Below, piece after piece: positions 9,225 to 17,165 of a DNA stretch of 64,000 bases. Position 1 is the first letter of the stretch. The number at the start of each line of letters is the position of its first letter. A model generated the notes under the pieces. The model worked only from the letters and a program-made list of their open reading frames with translations. It was not told where the DNA came from and did no database searches. The position numbers and the translations under genes were made by a program. Source of the DNA: a virus. The stretch is from the IMG/VR virus record IMGVR_UViG_3300020469_000011, positions 32,001-96,000 of that record; one strand, written 5' to 3'.

Positions 9225-9808
9225 TGTTTGTAGCTATTATAATAGGCTATCATAAAAAAGACAGTTTCAATCATCAAGGCATAGTAAAAACTATTACATC
9301 TGAATGTGAAAATAATGGAATAAACTATTGTCTTATAGACTTATATAAAGATAATTTTAATCCAAGCAATCAACCAGATAATAAAATTAAGATATCCCAT
9401 TATCATGAAATCTTATTGAAAGCAACTCATCATATCTATGTAAGTCCTGTTTGGTGGTTTAGGTGTACTAGTATGTTAGAGGGGTTTTTTGATCAAATAT
9501 TCATACCTGGCTTTGCATATAATTTTAAACAAATTACAAAAACATACGGCATTCCAGTTCCAAGATTATCAGATAAGAAAGTGTTAACCTATTTGACACA
9601 TGGTGCGCCCGCATTACCAGTTTATACAATTTATCTCAATAGTGTATGGGGCAGATTACAACTAGGAGTTTTCAGTTTTGTCTATGGGTGGTTCAGACCA
9701 AAAATAAGACAGTTTTTCAGTGTTCCATTTTGCAGTGATGATACTAGAAAAAAGTATATAAAAACAGTGAGAAAGGATATTTTAAAAGAAATTCAAAAAA
9801 GTTCTTGA
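9221..9808 (+). CDS. flavodoxin-fold NAD(P)H-dependent oxidoreductase
   Basis: SFNH, IDLYKDNFNP, SPVWWF...LEGFFDQIFIPGFAY, THGAP; ATGA overlap with gcvP stop. Confidence 0.85.
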   Translation: MMFVAIIIGYHKKDSFNHQGIVKTITSECENNGINYCLIDLYKDNFNPSNQPDNKIKISHYHEILLKATHHIYVSPVWWFRCTSMLEGFFDQIFIPGFAYNFKQITKTYGIPVPRLSDKKVLTYLTHGAPALPVYTIYLNSVWGRLQLGVFSFVYGWFRPKIRQFFSVPFCSDDTRKKYIKTVRKDILKEIQKSS

Positions 9809-9833
9809 CAAATACAAAATCTTCTGATATGAT
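9805..9833 (+). promoter_or_regulatory. sigma70-type promoter for tRNA cluster
   Basis: TTGACA-17 bp-TATGAT with TG extension. Confidence 0.7.
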
Positions 9834-9852
9834 CTTATTATTGAATCGACAC

Positions 9853-9928
9853 TCCCTGATAGCTCAGTTGGTAGAGCAAAGGACTGTTAATCCTTTGGTC
9901 CCTGGTTCGAGTCCAGGTCAGGGAGCCA
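9853..9928 (+). tRNA. tRNA-Asn(GTT)
   Basis: 76-nt cloverleaf; anticodon arm AAGGA CTGTTAA TCCTT; GGTTCGAGTCC; encoded CCA. Confidence 0.97.
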
Positions 9929-9935
9929 AAATTTA

Positions 9936-10012
9936 GGCCTGTTAGTTCAGTTGGTTAGAACGCTTGCCTGTCACGCAAGAGGTCACCGGTTCAAGTCCGG
10001 TACAGGTCGCCA
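9936..10012 (+). tRNA. tRNA-Asp(GTC)
   Basis: 77-nt cloverleaf; CTTGC CTGTCAC GCAAG; GGTTCAAGTCC; encoded CCA. Confidence 0.97.
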
Positions 10013-10109
10013 ATTATAGAGAGTAAGATGAACACGTTTTCAAAATTTTTTTTAATATATATGACAGTTATTACTATTGTTACTATAATAGATTTTGTTT
10101 AAGGTAAAC

Positions 10110-10421
10110 ATGGCAGAGCAACATCCTTTTGGTGAACAAGCTGAAATACATGACCATTTACAACTTCCTAATAATGATGCAGAGAGATATATTAAGAACT
10201 TTGATAATGGTTATTCTACTTCTGTAATTAAGAATAGTGTATCATATGGAGGAAAGCAAGGTTTATATGAAATGGGAGTGATGTATGAAGGTATTCTTAC
10301 AGAAGTACCTGGAATCACTGTAGAAAATGACACTGTTATTGGTTGGTTAGAGTTTGAAGAAGTAATTGAATTAATGAATAAAATTGAAAACTTGGAGTCA
10401 AAAAATGCGTACATCAATTAA
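10110..10421 (+). CDS. conserved phage hypothetical protein
   Basis: FDNGYSTSVI...SYGGKQGLYE...VIGWL motif recalled from other phages; likely start 10110. Confidence 0.65.
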   Translation: MAEQHPFGEQAEIHDHLQLPNNDAERYIKNFDNGYSTSVIKNSVSYGGKQGLYEMGVMYEGILTEVPGITVENDTVIGWLEFEEVIELMNKIENLESKNAYIN

Positions 10422-10611
10422 AAAAGATAAAAAAGCAAACTACAAAAGAAAACTCATGGTAAGACATGCTCTTGACCAAATTGAATATATGAAAAAGACC
10501 GCAAAAGAAAATAAAGAATCTAGCGAAGTGATTGCCAGAAAAGAGGCAAATATGGTAAATTTTTATAAAAGTAAAATCAAAACATTTGATAATGTGCGCA
10601 ATAATCTATGA
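10405..10611 (+). CDS. hypothetical basic protein
   Basis: Overlapping operon ORF. Confidence 0.5.
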   Translation: MRTSIKKDKKANYKRKLMVRHALDQIEYMKKTAKENKESSEVIARKEANMVNFYKSKIKTFDNVRNNL

Positions 10612-10970
10612 ATATTCATAGCATACAACTAACAGAAAAAGCATCAAATGCAATAGTTGAATCTATTGTAGAAAGCGGAGAAAATATTAATGATGTCTGT
10701 TTACGTGTCGGTGCTAATAAAGGAGGTTGTTCTGGTTGGAGATGGGAATTAGAAACTGAGCCAGTTGACAATAAAAAAGAAACCGATCTAATTTTTAACA
10801 ATAGAGATATAACAGTTATAGTAGATAAAAATATACTCAACGATGTTATTGGTAGTGTCAAAATAGATTATGATACTAAAAATATGGTTGAGCAAGGATT
10901 TGTTTTCATACGCTCAACTGGCCAACAGTGTGGATGTGGTGAATCTTTCACACCAGTAAATGAAATATAA
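10608..10970 (+). CDS. iscA: A-type Fe-S cluster carrier (IscA/ErpA/HesB family)
   Basis: IQLTEKA, LRVGANKGGCSG, KIDY, CGCGESF. Confidence 0.9.
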   Translation: MNIHSIQLTEKASNAIVESIVESGENINDVCLRVGANKGGCSGWRWELETEPVDNKKETDLIFNNRDITVIVDKNILNDVIGSVKIDYDTKNMVEQGFVFIRSTGQQCGCGESFTPVNEI

Positions 10971-10976
10971 AACTAT

Positions 10977-11063
10977 GCGGAGGGTTCCGGCCAGCTGTCT
11001 TATACGCAGTCAGTTAAACAGGCCGGCGGTGCTATAGAGGTTCAACTCCTCCTCTCCGTACCA
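10977..11063 (+). ncRNA. non-canonical tRNA-like RNA with UAU (Ile) anticodon loop, no D-arm
   Basis: Acceptor GCGGAGGG/CTCTCCGT + A + CCA; T-arm GAGG TTCAACT CCTC; stem-loop GCTGT CTTATAC GCAGT; extra CCGGCC/GGCCGG helix. Confidence 0.75.
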
Positions 11064-11081
11064 ACATAATTTATTTATACT

Positions 11082-11462
11082 ATGGATACCGCAAATAATG
11101 ATTTAATCTTCAACAGTGATTTAAAAGAAACTGGTGATGAAGAACCGCAAACTATTTCCTATAACTCTTCCGTTGTAGATGAAATCGTAGAAAATGACCC
11201 ACAATTAACTAAGATTGTAACTCCAGTTGATGACTGGACATATTGGGCAAAATGGGCAGGTAATTTCTTTCTTATTGTAGGAACATTAATAACTAATTTA
11301 GAACTATTTCCATATAACTTTATTTTTAATCTAATTGGATTATCATTGTGGGCAATTGTAGCAGCACAATGGAACGACAGAAGTTTGGTAGTTCTAAATA
11401 TTTTTCTTTTAGGCACAGTTGCAATGACGTTGGCGCAACACATTAAAGAATTTTTCTTATAA
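11082..11462 (+). CDS. membrane protein (DUF6552-like by recall)
   Basis: WAKW...FPYN...LSLWAIVAAQWNDRSLVVLN; three hydrophobic helices. Confidence 0.6.
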   Translation: MDTANNDLIFNSDLKETGDEEPQTISYNSSVVDEIVENDPQLTKIVTPVDDWTYWAKWAGNFFLIVGTLITNLELFPYNFIFNLIGLSLWAIVAAQWNDRSLVVLNIFLLGTVAMTLAQHIKEFFL

Positions 11463-11470
11463 AGGTAAAG

Positions 11471-11620
11471 ATGACAGAACAAACATTGAAAACAATTGAA
11501 TTTTATCAAAATGAACAGATTCGTATGTTACGAGAATTTACAAATAATTTAGAAAAAGTTACTAAACAATTTCAAGAAGTTGTAGAAATAATTAAAGAAA
11601 AGAATTTAAAGTTTGATTAA
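11471..11620 (+). CDS. small coiled-coil protein (49 aa, not in ORF track)
   Basis: AAGGT RBS, ORF fills the gap before tRNA-Arg. Confidence 0.5.
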   Translation: MTEQTLKTIEFYQNEQIRMLREFTNNLEKVTKQFQEVVEIIKEKNLKFD

Positions 11621-11629
11621 TTATCTATT

Positions 11630-11704
11630 GTGCCTATAGTTAAACGGATATAACAGAAGACTTCTAATCTTCCATTCTAGGTTCGATTCCTAGTGGGCGC
11701 ACCA
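11630..11704 (+). tRNA. tRNA-Arg(TCT)
   Basis: 75-nt cloverleaf; GAAGA CTTCTAA TCTTC; GGTTCGATTCC; encoded CCA. Confidence 0.95.
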
Positions 11705-11845
11705 TAGAATTAAAATGCAATTAATTTTGCATTTAAGAAATTTCTAAGTAAATTTAATAAACTTAGAAATATAACGAGGTGAAATTCCCGTTATTTTTAA
11801 CAAGGTAGTAAAATACCTATTTTAAATTTTTATAGAGGTTATACA

Positions 11846-13195
11846 ATGTTGAAAATTAATGAATCTGTCAAGCTCGAATCTGGCGGAAGCTTTATTCAAG
11901 AACATGCAGATACAAATAGAGAAAACCTAAAAGCTGCAGAAAAAAGATATCCTGAAATGTATGATGAAGAGCATTTGAAAGAACTAGGATTAATACATAA
12001 AGAGCACTGTTCTTTAGTTGAAACTAAATTAATTCAAGTTGAATCAAATACAGAAATTTCTAAAAATGATGTTCGTGCAGGCGGTGTAAATGCAGAGATG
12101 AAAAATTTACATTCTTCTTTGGAACAAATCGGATATTTACTAAAACATCCAGCTATTTGTATTTACGAAATAGAAGATTCAACTCTTGATGGTGAAAAGA
12201 CTTATGAACTTTTAGATGGTAGAACACGATTTGATAAATTACGTGAATATGAATATAAAAATGCTATTTGTGAAGTATATGCAAAAGCACCAAATGCAAC
12301 TGACCAGGAAGCTAATATAGGTAAAGATATTTTAAAAGCACAGGCTAATTTCAGTGGCACAACTATTAGAGGAGTTACTAAAGAACAAGATGTTATTGCT
12401 TTCTTACATTCTCAAATGAAAAAAGGAAACATTTCTTGTAATTCAAGAGGTGGTGCAAGCTATAGTGAAACTCTTGAAATGCTTGAAACTACTTATAAGA
12501 ATTATAAGTATAGACTTCAAAAAAGAAGAACATTAGCACAAGAGGCGATCAATACTTATAATAATGGTGAAGGAGTAGATGTTAAATTTTGGAAAGATTC
12601 TAAAACTGTTAAAAAATGGGCAGCATCAGAAGATGATGCTTCATTAAAACAAAATAGTGAATTTTTTCTTCAAACGGTTTCTGATAATAAAAATAAATCT
12701 AATGTAAAACCAGTAAGTAAGATAAGAAAATATATAGATAGTAAACCCGTCTATCATAAAGAAACCGGAGTTTGTATATCTGAAGGAGTAAAATATTTAT
12801 TTAAAGATACAGATCAGCCAAGACTTACTGTTTTAGAAGCTGCTGAACTCGGAGTCAAATTTCCTGACCATAAAATTAGAATAGTAGCCTTCATAAAAGA
12901 AACAGAAGCTATTAATACAGTAGGAAATTTTAATAAAAAGAGAGATGAATTTGTTAATAATATTAATACAATTATAATCAATTTTTCAACTACTTTTTTT
13001 AACAAAGCAAAAAAAATAAATTGTCCTGTAGAAATCTATGGTATTTTACCAAGCATTGCTTCTGTTCATAATCTTGATGAACTTATATTGTACGATAAAT
13101 CTGCAGACTGTTGGTTTCAAAAAAATCCTTTATCTGGTATCAGAGATGATGCTTTTACTTCCGATAAGTTAAATGAGGATATGACCGAAGAATAA
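11846..13195 (+). CDS. hypothetical protein with ParB/Srx-like N-terminal domain
   Basis: HPAICIY...YELLDGRTRF resembles the ParB DGxxR motif; GAGG RBS. Confidence 0.55.
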   Translation: MLKINESVKLESGGSFIQEHADTNRENLKAAEKRYPEMYDEEHLKELGLIHKEHCSLVETKLIQVESNTEISKNDVRAGGVNAEMKNLHSSLEQIGYLLKHPAICIYEIEDSTLDGEKTYELLDGRTRFDKLREYEYKNAICEVYAKAPNATDQEANIGKDILKAQANFSGTTIRGVTKEQDVIAFLHSQMKKGNISCNSRGGASYSETLEMLETTYKNYKYRLQKRRTLAQEAINTYNNGEGVDVKFWKDSKTVKKWAASEDDASLKQNSEFFLQTVSDNKNKSNVKPVSKIRKYIDSKPVYHKETGVCISEGVKYLFKDTDQPRLTVLEAAELGVKFPDHKIRIVAFIKETEAINTVGNFNKKRDEFVNNINTIIINFSTTFFNKAKKINCPVEIYGILPSIASVHNLDELILYDKSADCWFQKNPLSGIRDDAFTSDKLNEDMTEE

Positions 13196-13204
13196 CACAT
13201 TGAG

Positions 13205-13243
13205 AGTTAGAGCAGAAGAATTTAATCTGCTCTAACTTTTTTT
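13205..13243 (+). terminator. intrinsic terminator
   Basis: AGTTAGAGCAGA/TCTGCTCTAACT 12-bp stem + T run. Confidence 0.85.
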
Positions 13244-13261
13244 ATTTGAATATAAAAAAAT

Positions 13262-13300
13262 CCCTTGACATTTCCTCCTCATCTGCTATGATATGATCAT
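13262..13300 (+). promoter_or_regulatory. early promoter, repeat copy 1
   Basis: TTGACA-16 bp-TATGAT with TG extension; 36/39 identical to 13812-13850. Confidence 0.8.
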
Positions 13301-13332
13301 GTTGAAAAACACCCAACCCATCTAAGGAAGTC

Positions 13333-13602
13333 ATGGAAAAAATCAAAATTATCCCAAGCAGACGTTGGAAAAATTCCAAGACTGGAGAAACCGCTTCCAT
13401 CACAAGTGCTGCTCCATATCACAATCTCAGAACTCAACGTGATTGGAACGTAGAGACAAGAGGATTCACGGTTCGCATCACCAAATCTGATGGAACAGTA
13501 ATTATTGGAGCAGGTTACCCACCATTTGAAACCCATGAGGAAGTCAGTAAGTTTGTTGCAGACTATGTAAATTTGTTTAATGCTGCAATTGAAACTGCAT
13601 AA
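13333..13602 (+). CDS. hypothetical early protein
   Basis: AAGGA RBS downstream of early promoter. Confidence 0.7.
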   Translation: MEKIKIIPSRRWKNSKTGETASITSAAPYHNLRTQRDWNVETRGFTVRITKSDGTVIIGAGYPPFETHEEVSKFVADYVNLFNAAIETA

Positions 13603-13623
13603 AATATTTTTAGAGTACAAATC

Positions 13624-13818
13624 ATGACATTTGATATTAGAAAATGCGTAGTGGATTCAGTAAGAAGAAATGTCTCAAATCGTCAAGAGACTGTTGAAAA
13701 CCTGAGAACACAAATAGCAGAATGGGATGAAAAAGAATTGGGGAGAAAGGGTAAGGCAGGTAAACGTCTTCTTGAACATCGTCTGCATGAAATTGAAAAA
13801 AATGATTTTTCCCCTTGA
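13624..13818 (+). CDS. hypothetical early protein
   Basis: 64-aa ORF ending in promoter copy 2. Confidence 0.55.
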   Translation: MTFDIRKCVVDSVRRNVSNRQETVENLRTQIAEWDEKELGRKGKAGKRLLEHRLHEIEKNDFSP

Positions 13819-13850
13819 CATTTCCTTCCCATCTGCTATGATCTGATCAT
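13812..13850 (+). promoter_or_regulatory. early promoter, repeat copy 2
   Basis: CCCTTGACATTTCCTTCCCATCTGCTATGATCTGATCAT. Confidence 0.8.
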
Positions 13851-13887
13851 TGAGTGAGACAACTCCCCACCACAATTCAGAGGAAGC

Positions 13888-15423
13888 ATGACTCCTACTA
13901 TAGAGCAACAAGCAATTCTTGAGAATTTTACAAAAGTCAGTGGAAACATCAAAGTTCTTGCTTTGGCAGGAACCGGTAAGACTTCAACTCTTCTTGAGCT
14001 TGTTAATCAAAATCCTACTCAGCGTTTCCTCTACCTCGCTTTCAATCGTGACGTTAAAGAAGAAGTTGAACGTAAAGCTCATGCTAACGGTCTTGATAAT
14101 CTGAAGGTTAAAACTCAAAATGGTTTTTGTCTTGAGCTTGCAAGAGCGGCAGGTTTAAAGTGTAGAAATATTAAGGGATACATGTCTGTGAAAGATATTA
14201 TCTCAAGATTGAATCTTACTGGAAATGACAAGTTTTTGGCGTACCATGCTTTTCAAATCATGACACGTTTCATGGCTTCCCGTGATAAGACAATTGAACT
14301 CAAGCATGTTCCAAAGGATGTAGAGGAAAAAATCTACAATAACATTCGCCGTTATACAAATATGACTGAGGACAAAATTCTCAAAGAGACCGACAAGCGT
14401 AAAAAAAGTGCCATGCAGATTGCACAACGATTGTTTTCTTCTTTTGATTTTAACAGTGATGTTATGCTGCATGATGTATATGTGAAGTTAGTACAACTCC
14501 ACTACAATGGAATTCCTGTTAGTGAGGATGTTGTTTTGTCAGATGAATCACAAGATGTAAATCCTGTATTTTCAGATATTGTTTCACGCATGACTGCCCG
14601 AGTAATTGCGGTTGGTGACAACAATCAAGCTATTTATCAGTTCCGCGGTGCACAAGATTACTTAAAAGAAATGCCAGCAGAAGCCGAATTTACACTTACA
14701 CAATCATTTCGTTTCATTCCAGAAATAGCGGAAAAAGCAAATGAACTGCTTGAGCATATGACAGATTTAAGACTCAAAGGTTTTGAAGGAGTTGAAGAAG
14801 ATAATACTTCTGCTGTACTTTGCCGAACAAATATGGGATGTTTGACAGAAGCAATCTTTTTGATGGAAGCAAATACTCCATTTGCTCTTGAAGGTGGAGT
14901 TGACAATGAAGGTTTTAAAATGATTGAGGATATTGTTTCTCTTTCTAATGGTGATACTTATAATGTAAGACATCCTGATCTTAAAGGTTTAAGAAGTATT
15001 CAAGAATTTGAAAAAGAATTAGATGAAGACCTGCTAAATAAAGAGTGGAAAACTTCTTTGCGAGTTATTGATAAAATGGGTGGTATTGACAGTGCCTTGT
15101 CAATGGTTGACCGAATCAAAGAATCACAACGAAAAGTTCCCGCTGATTCTGTTGTAATCACTACGATGCACAAGTCAAAAGGTAAAGAGTGGAATACCGT
15201 TCGCATTGCTAATGATGCAGAATCAGTTTTTTATAGAACTGGTGTTGATGAGATGGGCAGAAAAGTCCGAGAAGCAATAGAATTCAAGGATGCACCTGTA
15301 ATGGAAAAAAACCTCTTTTATGTAGCAGTTACTAGAGCAAAGCGCAATCTCTCCCTTGGCGCTTCTGAAAGATTATTTAAACATGAAGAAAGTGCTAATA
15401 CAGTAATGGATATAGCTGCTTAA
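13888..15423 (+). CDS. UvrD/Rep-family (SF1) helicase
   Basis: ALAGTGKT, YLAFNR, DESQD, VGDNNQAIYQFRGA, LTQSFRF, TMHKSKGKEW, YVAVTRAK. Confidence 0.9.
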   Translation: MTPTIEQQAILENFTKVSGNIKVLALAGTGKTSTLLELVNQNPTQRFLYLAFNRDVKEEVERKAHANGLDNLKVKTQNGFCLELARAAGLKCRNIKGYMSVKDIISRLNLTGNDKFLAYHAFQIMTRFMASRDKTIELKHVPKDVEEKIYNNIRRYTNMTEDKILKETDKRKKSAMQIAQRLFSSFDFNSDVMLHDVYVKLVQLHYNGIPVSEDVVLSDESQDVNPVFSDIVSRMTARVIAVGDNNQAIYQFRGAQDYLKEMPAEAEFTLTQSFRFIPEIAEKANELLEHMTDLRLKGFEGVEEDNTSAVLCRTNMGCLTEAIFLMEANTPFALEGGVDNEGFKMIEDIVSLSNGDTYNVRHPDLKGLRSIQEFEKELDEDLLNKEWKTSLRVIDKMGGIDSALSMVDRIKESQRKVPADSVVITTMHKSKGKEWNTVRIANDAESVFYRTGVDEMGRKVREAIEFKDAPVMEKNLFYVAVTRAKRNLSLGASERLFKHEESANTVMDIAA

Positions 15424-15459
15424 TGATACACAACACTACACACGAAAAAATGTATTTTC

Positions 15460-15492
15460 TATAAATATAACTCCGTCTAAAATACATAAATA
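15460..15492 (+). promoter_or_regulatory. T4-type late promoters
   Basis: TATAAATA at 15460 and CATAAATA at 15485, within inverted repeat TATTTTCTATA/TATAGAAAATA. Confidence 0.55.
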
Positions 15493-15522
15493 TAGAAAAT
15501 ACTTAATATAGGAAAATATTAA

Positions 15523-16035
15523 ATGAAAAAATTAGCAACAACTTTCATATGTTTTTTTGCAGCATCAAATTTTTCATTAGCAGATCCACTACTTTTTAAG
15601 GAAGAGATACCTAAAGAAGATATAAAACTTAATTACCCAGTAGTAGAATACCCAACTAGTTTGATTGCTGGATTCTTAAATTTTTGTATGAATCTAATGG
15701 TTCCAAAAATGTTACAACAAGGTACACCGCAAGAGGTAGCAGTTCCTAATGCGGCATTTATGTGTGGTTGTGTGATGGATAGTTATAGAAAAAATCAAGA
15801 TGAAGCAGTATTTCAATACGAATTAAGTAGAAAAGACAAAAGAGATGTTCCTAATTTTTCTGAGTATCTAGGTACATGTAATACATTGAATACACAAAGA
15901 GGAGCAGTTCCATCTAGTTACGATCCTATGAAGTCAATTTGGGTTAAAAAAGAAGAATTACTTCAAACGTCATTAGCAGAATCTATTTCTAATAAAATTA
16001 AAAAGAGAAAAAATGAGGCTAACTTTTCCAACTAA
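15523..16035 (+). CDS. hypothetical exported protein
   Basis: Signal peptide MKKLATTFICFFAASNFSLA; C...CGC...C cysteines. Confidence 0.65.
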   Translation: MKKLATTFICFFAASNFSLADPLLFKEEIPKEDIKLNYPVVEYPTSLIAGFLNFCMNLMVPKMLQQGTPQEVAVPNAAFMCGCVMDSYRKNQDEAVFQYELSRKDKRDVPNFSEYLGTCNTLNTQRGAVPSSYDPMKSIWVKKEELLQTSLAESISNKIKKRKNEANFSN

Positions 16036-16636
16036 ATTTGCTAAAGAACAAAATACTTATTTCGTAAGAAACAATACAAGAATTGCTTTATTTGATAATA
16101 GTATTCAATTCATATATAAGTTATCTTTTAAACTAGGTGCAATTAATAATGATGGTGTAGATGAATATGTTTTCTCTTCTTATAGTGAAGAAGAAAAGAA
16201 ATTTTTTATATCAACTCCTGAGATTGTTTTTTCAAGAAGAGATTATGATGATGCAGAAGGAAATAACGTAAATCAAATAGTTACTGATAGGTACATTGAA
16301 AAATTCAACGAGCCTGTTTCTGGATATACATTTTTAAATGATCAAATAGTATATGATCCGCAAATGCAAGATAATGCATTTCGTAATAAAGCTACCATTA
16401 ATGTAACAGGACCAAGTGGAAGAAGTTTTAAAAGTTATGCAGATCAATTGACAATTGCAAATAATGTTATGAAAGAAAAAGTATGGATTAGAAAATATGC
16501 ACAAAAACACTTCATGATTATATTTAAGTCCAATGAATTAAATACTCCAACAGATTCAACTCCTGGACCAAGAATTTATTATGGTGTGCCTGTTAAAGAT
16601 TTAAGAGAACATCCTTACGATAGGACAAAATATTAA
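16013..16636 (+). CDS. hypothetical protein
   Basis: 207-aa ORF. Confidence 0.65.
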   Translation: MRLTFPTKFAKEQNTYFVRNNTRIALFDNSIQFIYKLSFKLGAINNDGVDEYVFSSYSEEEKKFFISTPEIVFSRRDYDDAEGNNVNQIVTDRYIEKFNEPVSGYTFLNDQIVYDPQMQDNAFRNKATINVTGPSGRSFKSYADQLTIANNVMKEKVWIRKYAQKHFMIIFKSNELNTPTDSTPGPRIYYGVPVKDLREHPYDRTKY

Positions 16637-16651
16637 TTAAAGGATTAAATA

Positions 16652-16948
16652 ATGAAAGTTGATGATTTTTTAAAATTAGTTGGTGATAAAGTTACTGACA
16701 TGGCAAAATATAATTCTAACGGTGGTCAAACTGGAATATATGTTTTCTTTTCAAAATGGAAAGAAGATGATATATGGGGTTATGTAGAATCTTATAAAAC
16801 TAAAGAGGGTGTAATTTATATGTGTAAAACTGCTTCGGCAGAAATTATTGAAAACCAAGATATTAAATTATATTTTGTAGATGCTCAAAGTGAAGAAATG
16901 ACAAAAATATTTGACACAATGGAGATAGATAATGAAAAAAACAATTGA
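16652..16948 (+). CDS. hypothetical protein
   Basis: 98-aa ORF, AAGGA RBS. Confidence 0.6.
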   Translation: MKVDDFLKLVGDKVTDMAKYNSNGGQTGIYVFFSKWKEDDIWGYVESYKTKEGVIYMCKTASAEIIENQDIKLYFVDAQSEEMTKIFDTMEIDNEKNN

Positions 16949-17147
16949 AATTGATTTTAACTTGCCAGATTGGGCAAAATATCATGCAACGGATGAAAAT
17001 GGTGATTTTTGTATATTTGAAGAAAAACCATTTTTACTTGATGAAATTGTTGGAGAGGGAATTTTTGAAACAAAATCAAACTTTATGTTACTCGCAAAAA
17101 ACTGCACACATTCAAATTGGAAAGATTCATTAGCTATTATTGAATAA
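16932..17147 (+). CDS. small conserved phage hypothetical protein
   Basis: PDWAKYHATDENG...NWKDSL motif; GGAG RBS. Confidence 0.65.
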   Translation: MKKTIEIDFNLPDWAKYHATDENGDFCIFEEKPFLLDEIVGEGIFETKSNFMLLAKNCTHSNWKDSLAIIE

Positions 17148-17165
17148 TCAATTGGAGTTTATATT

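Noticed and set aside
6357-9808. Host chromosomal contamination or prophage boundary at gcvP
   Set aside because: Tight spacing with the endolysin, matching AT-rich codon style and T4-like genes on both sides; read-level confirmation is still desirable
10977-11063. Calling the element tRNA-Sec, tmRNA or an intron-containing tRNA
   Set aside because: No UCA anticodon, too short for tmRNA with no tag ORF, and the anticodon loop is uninterrupted
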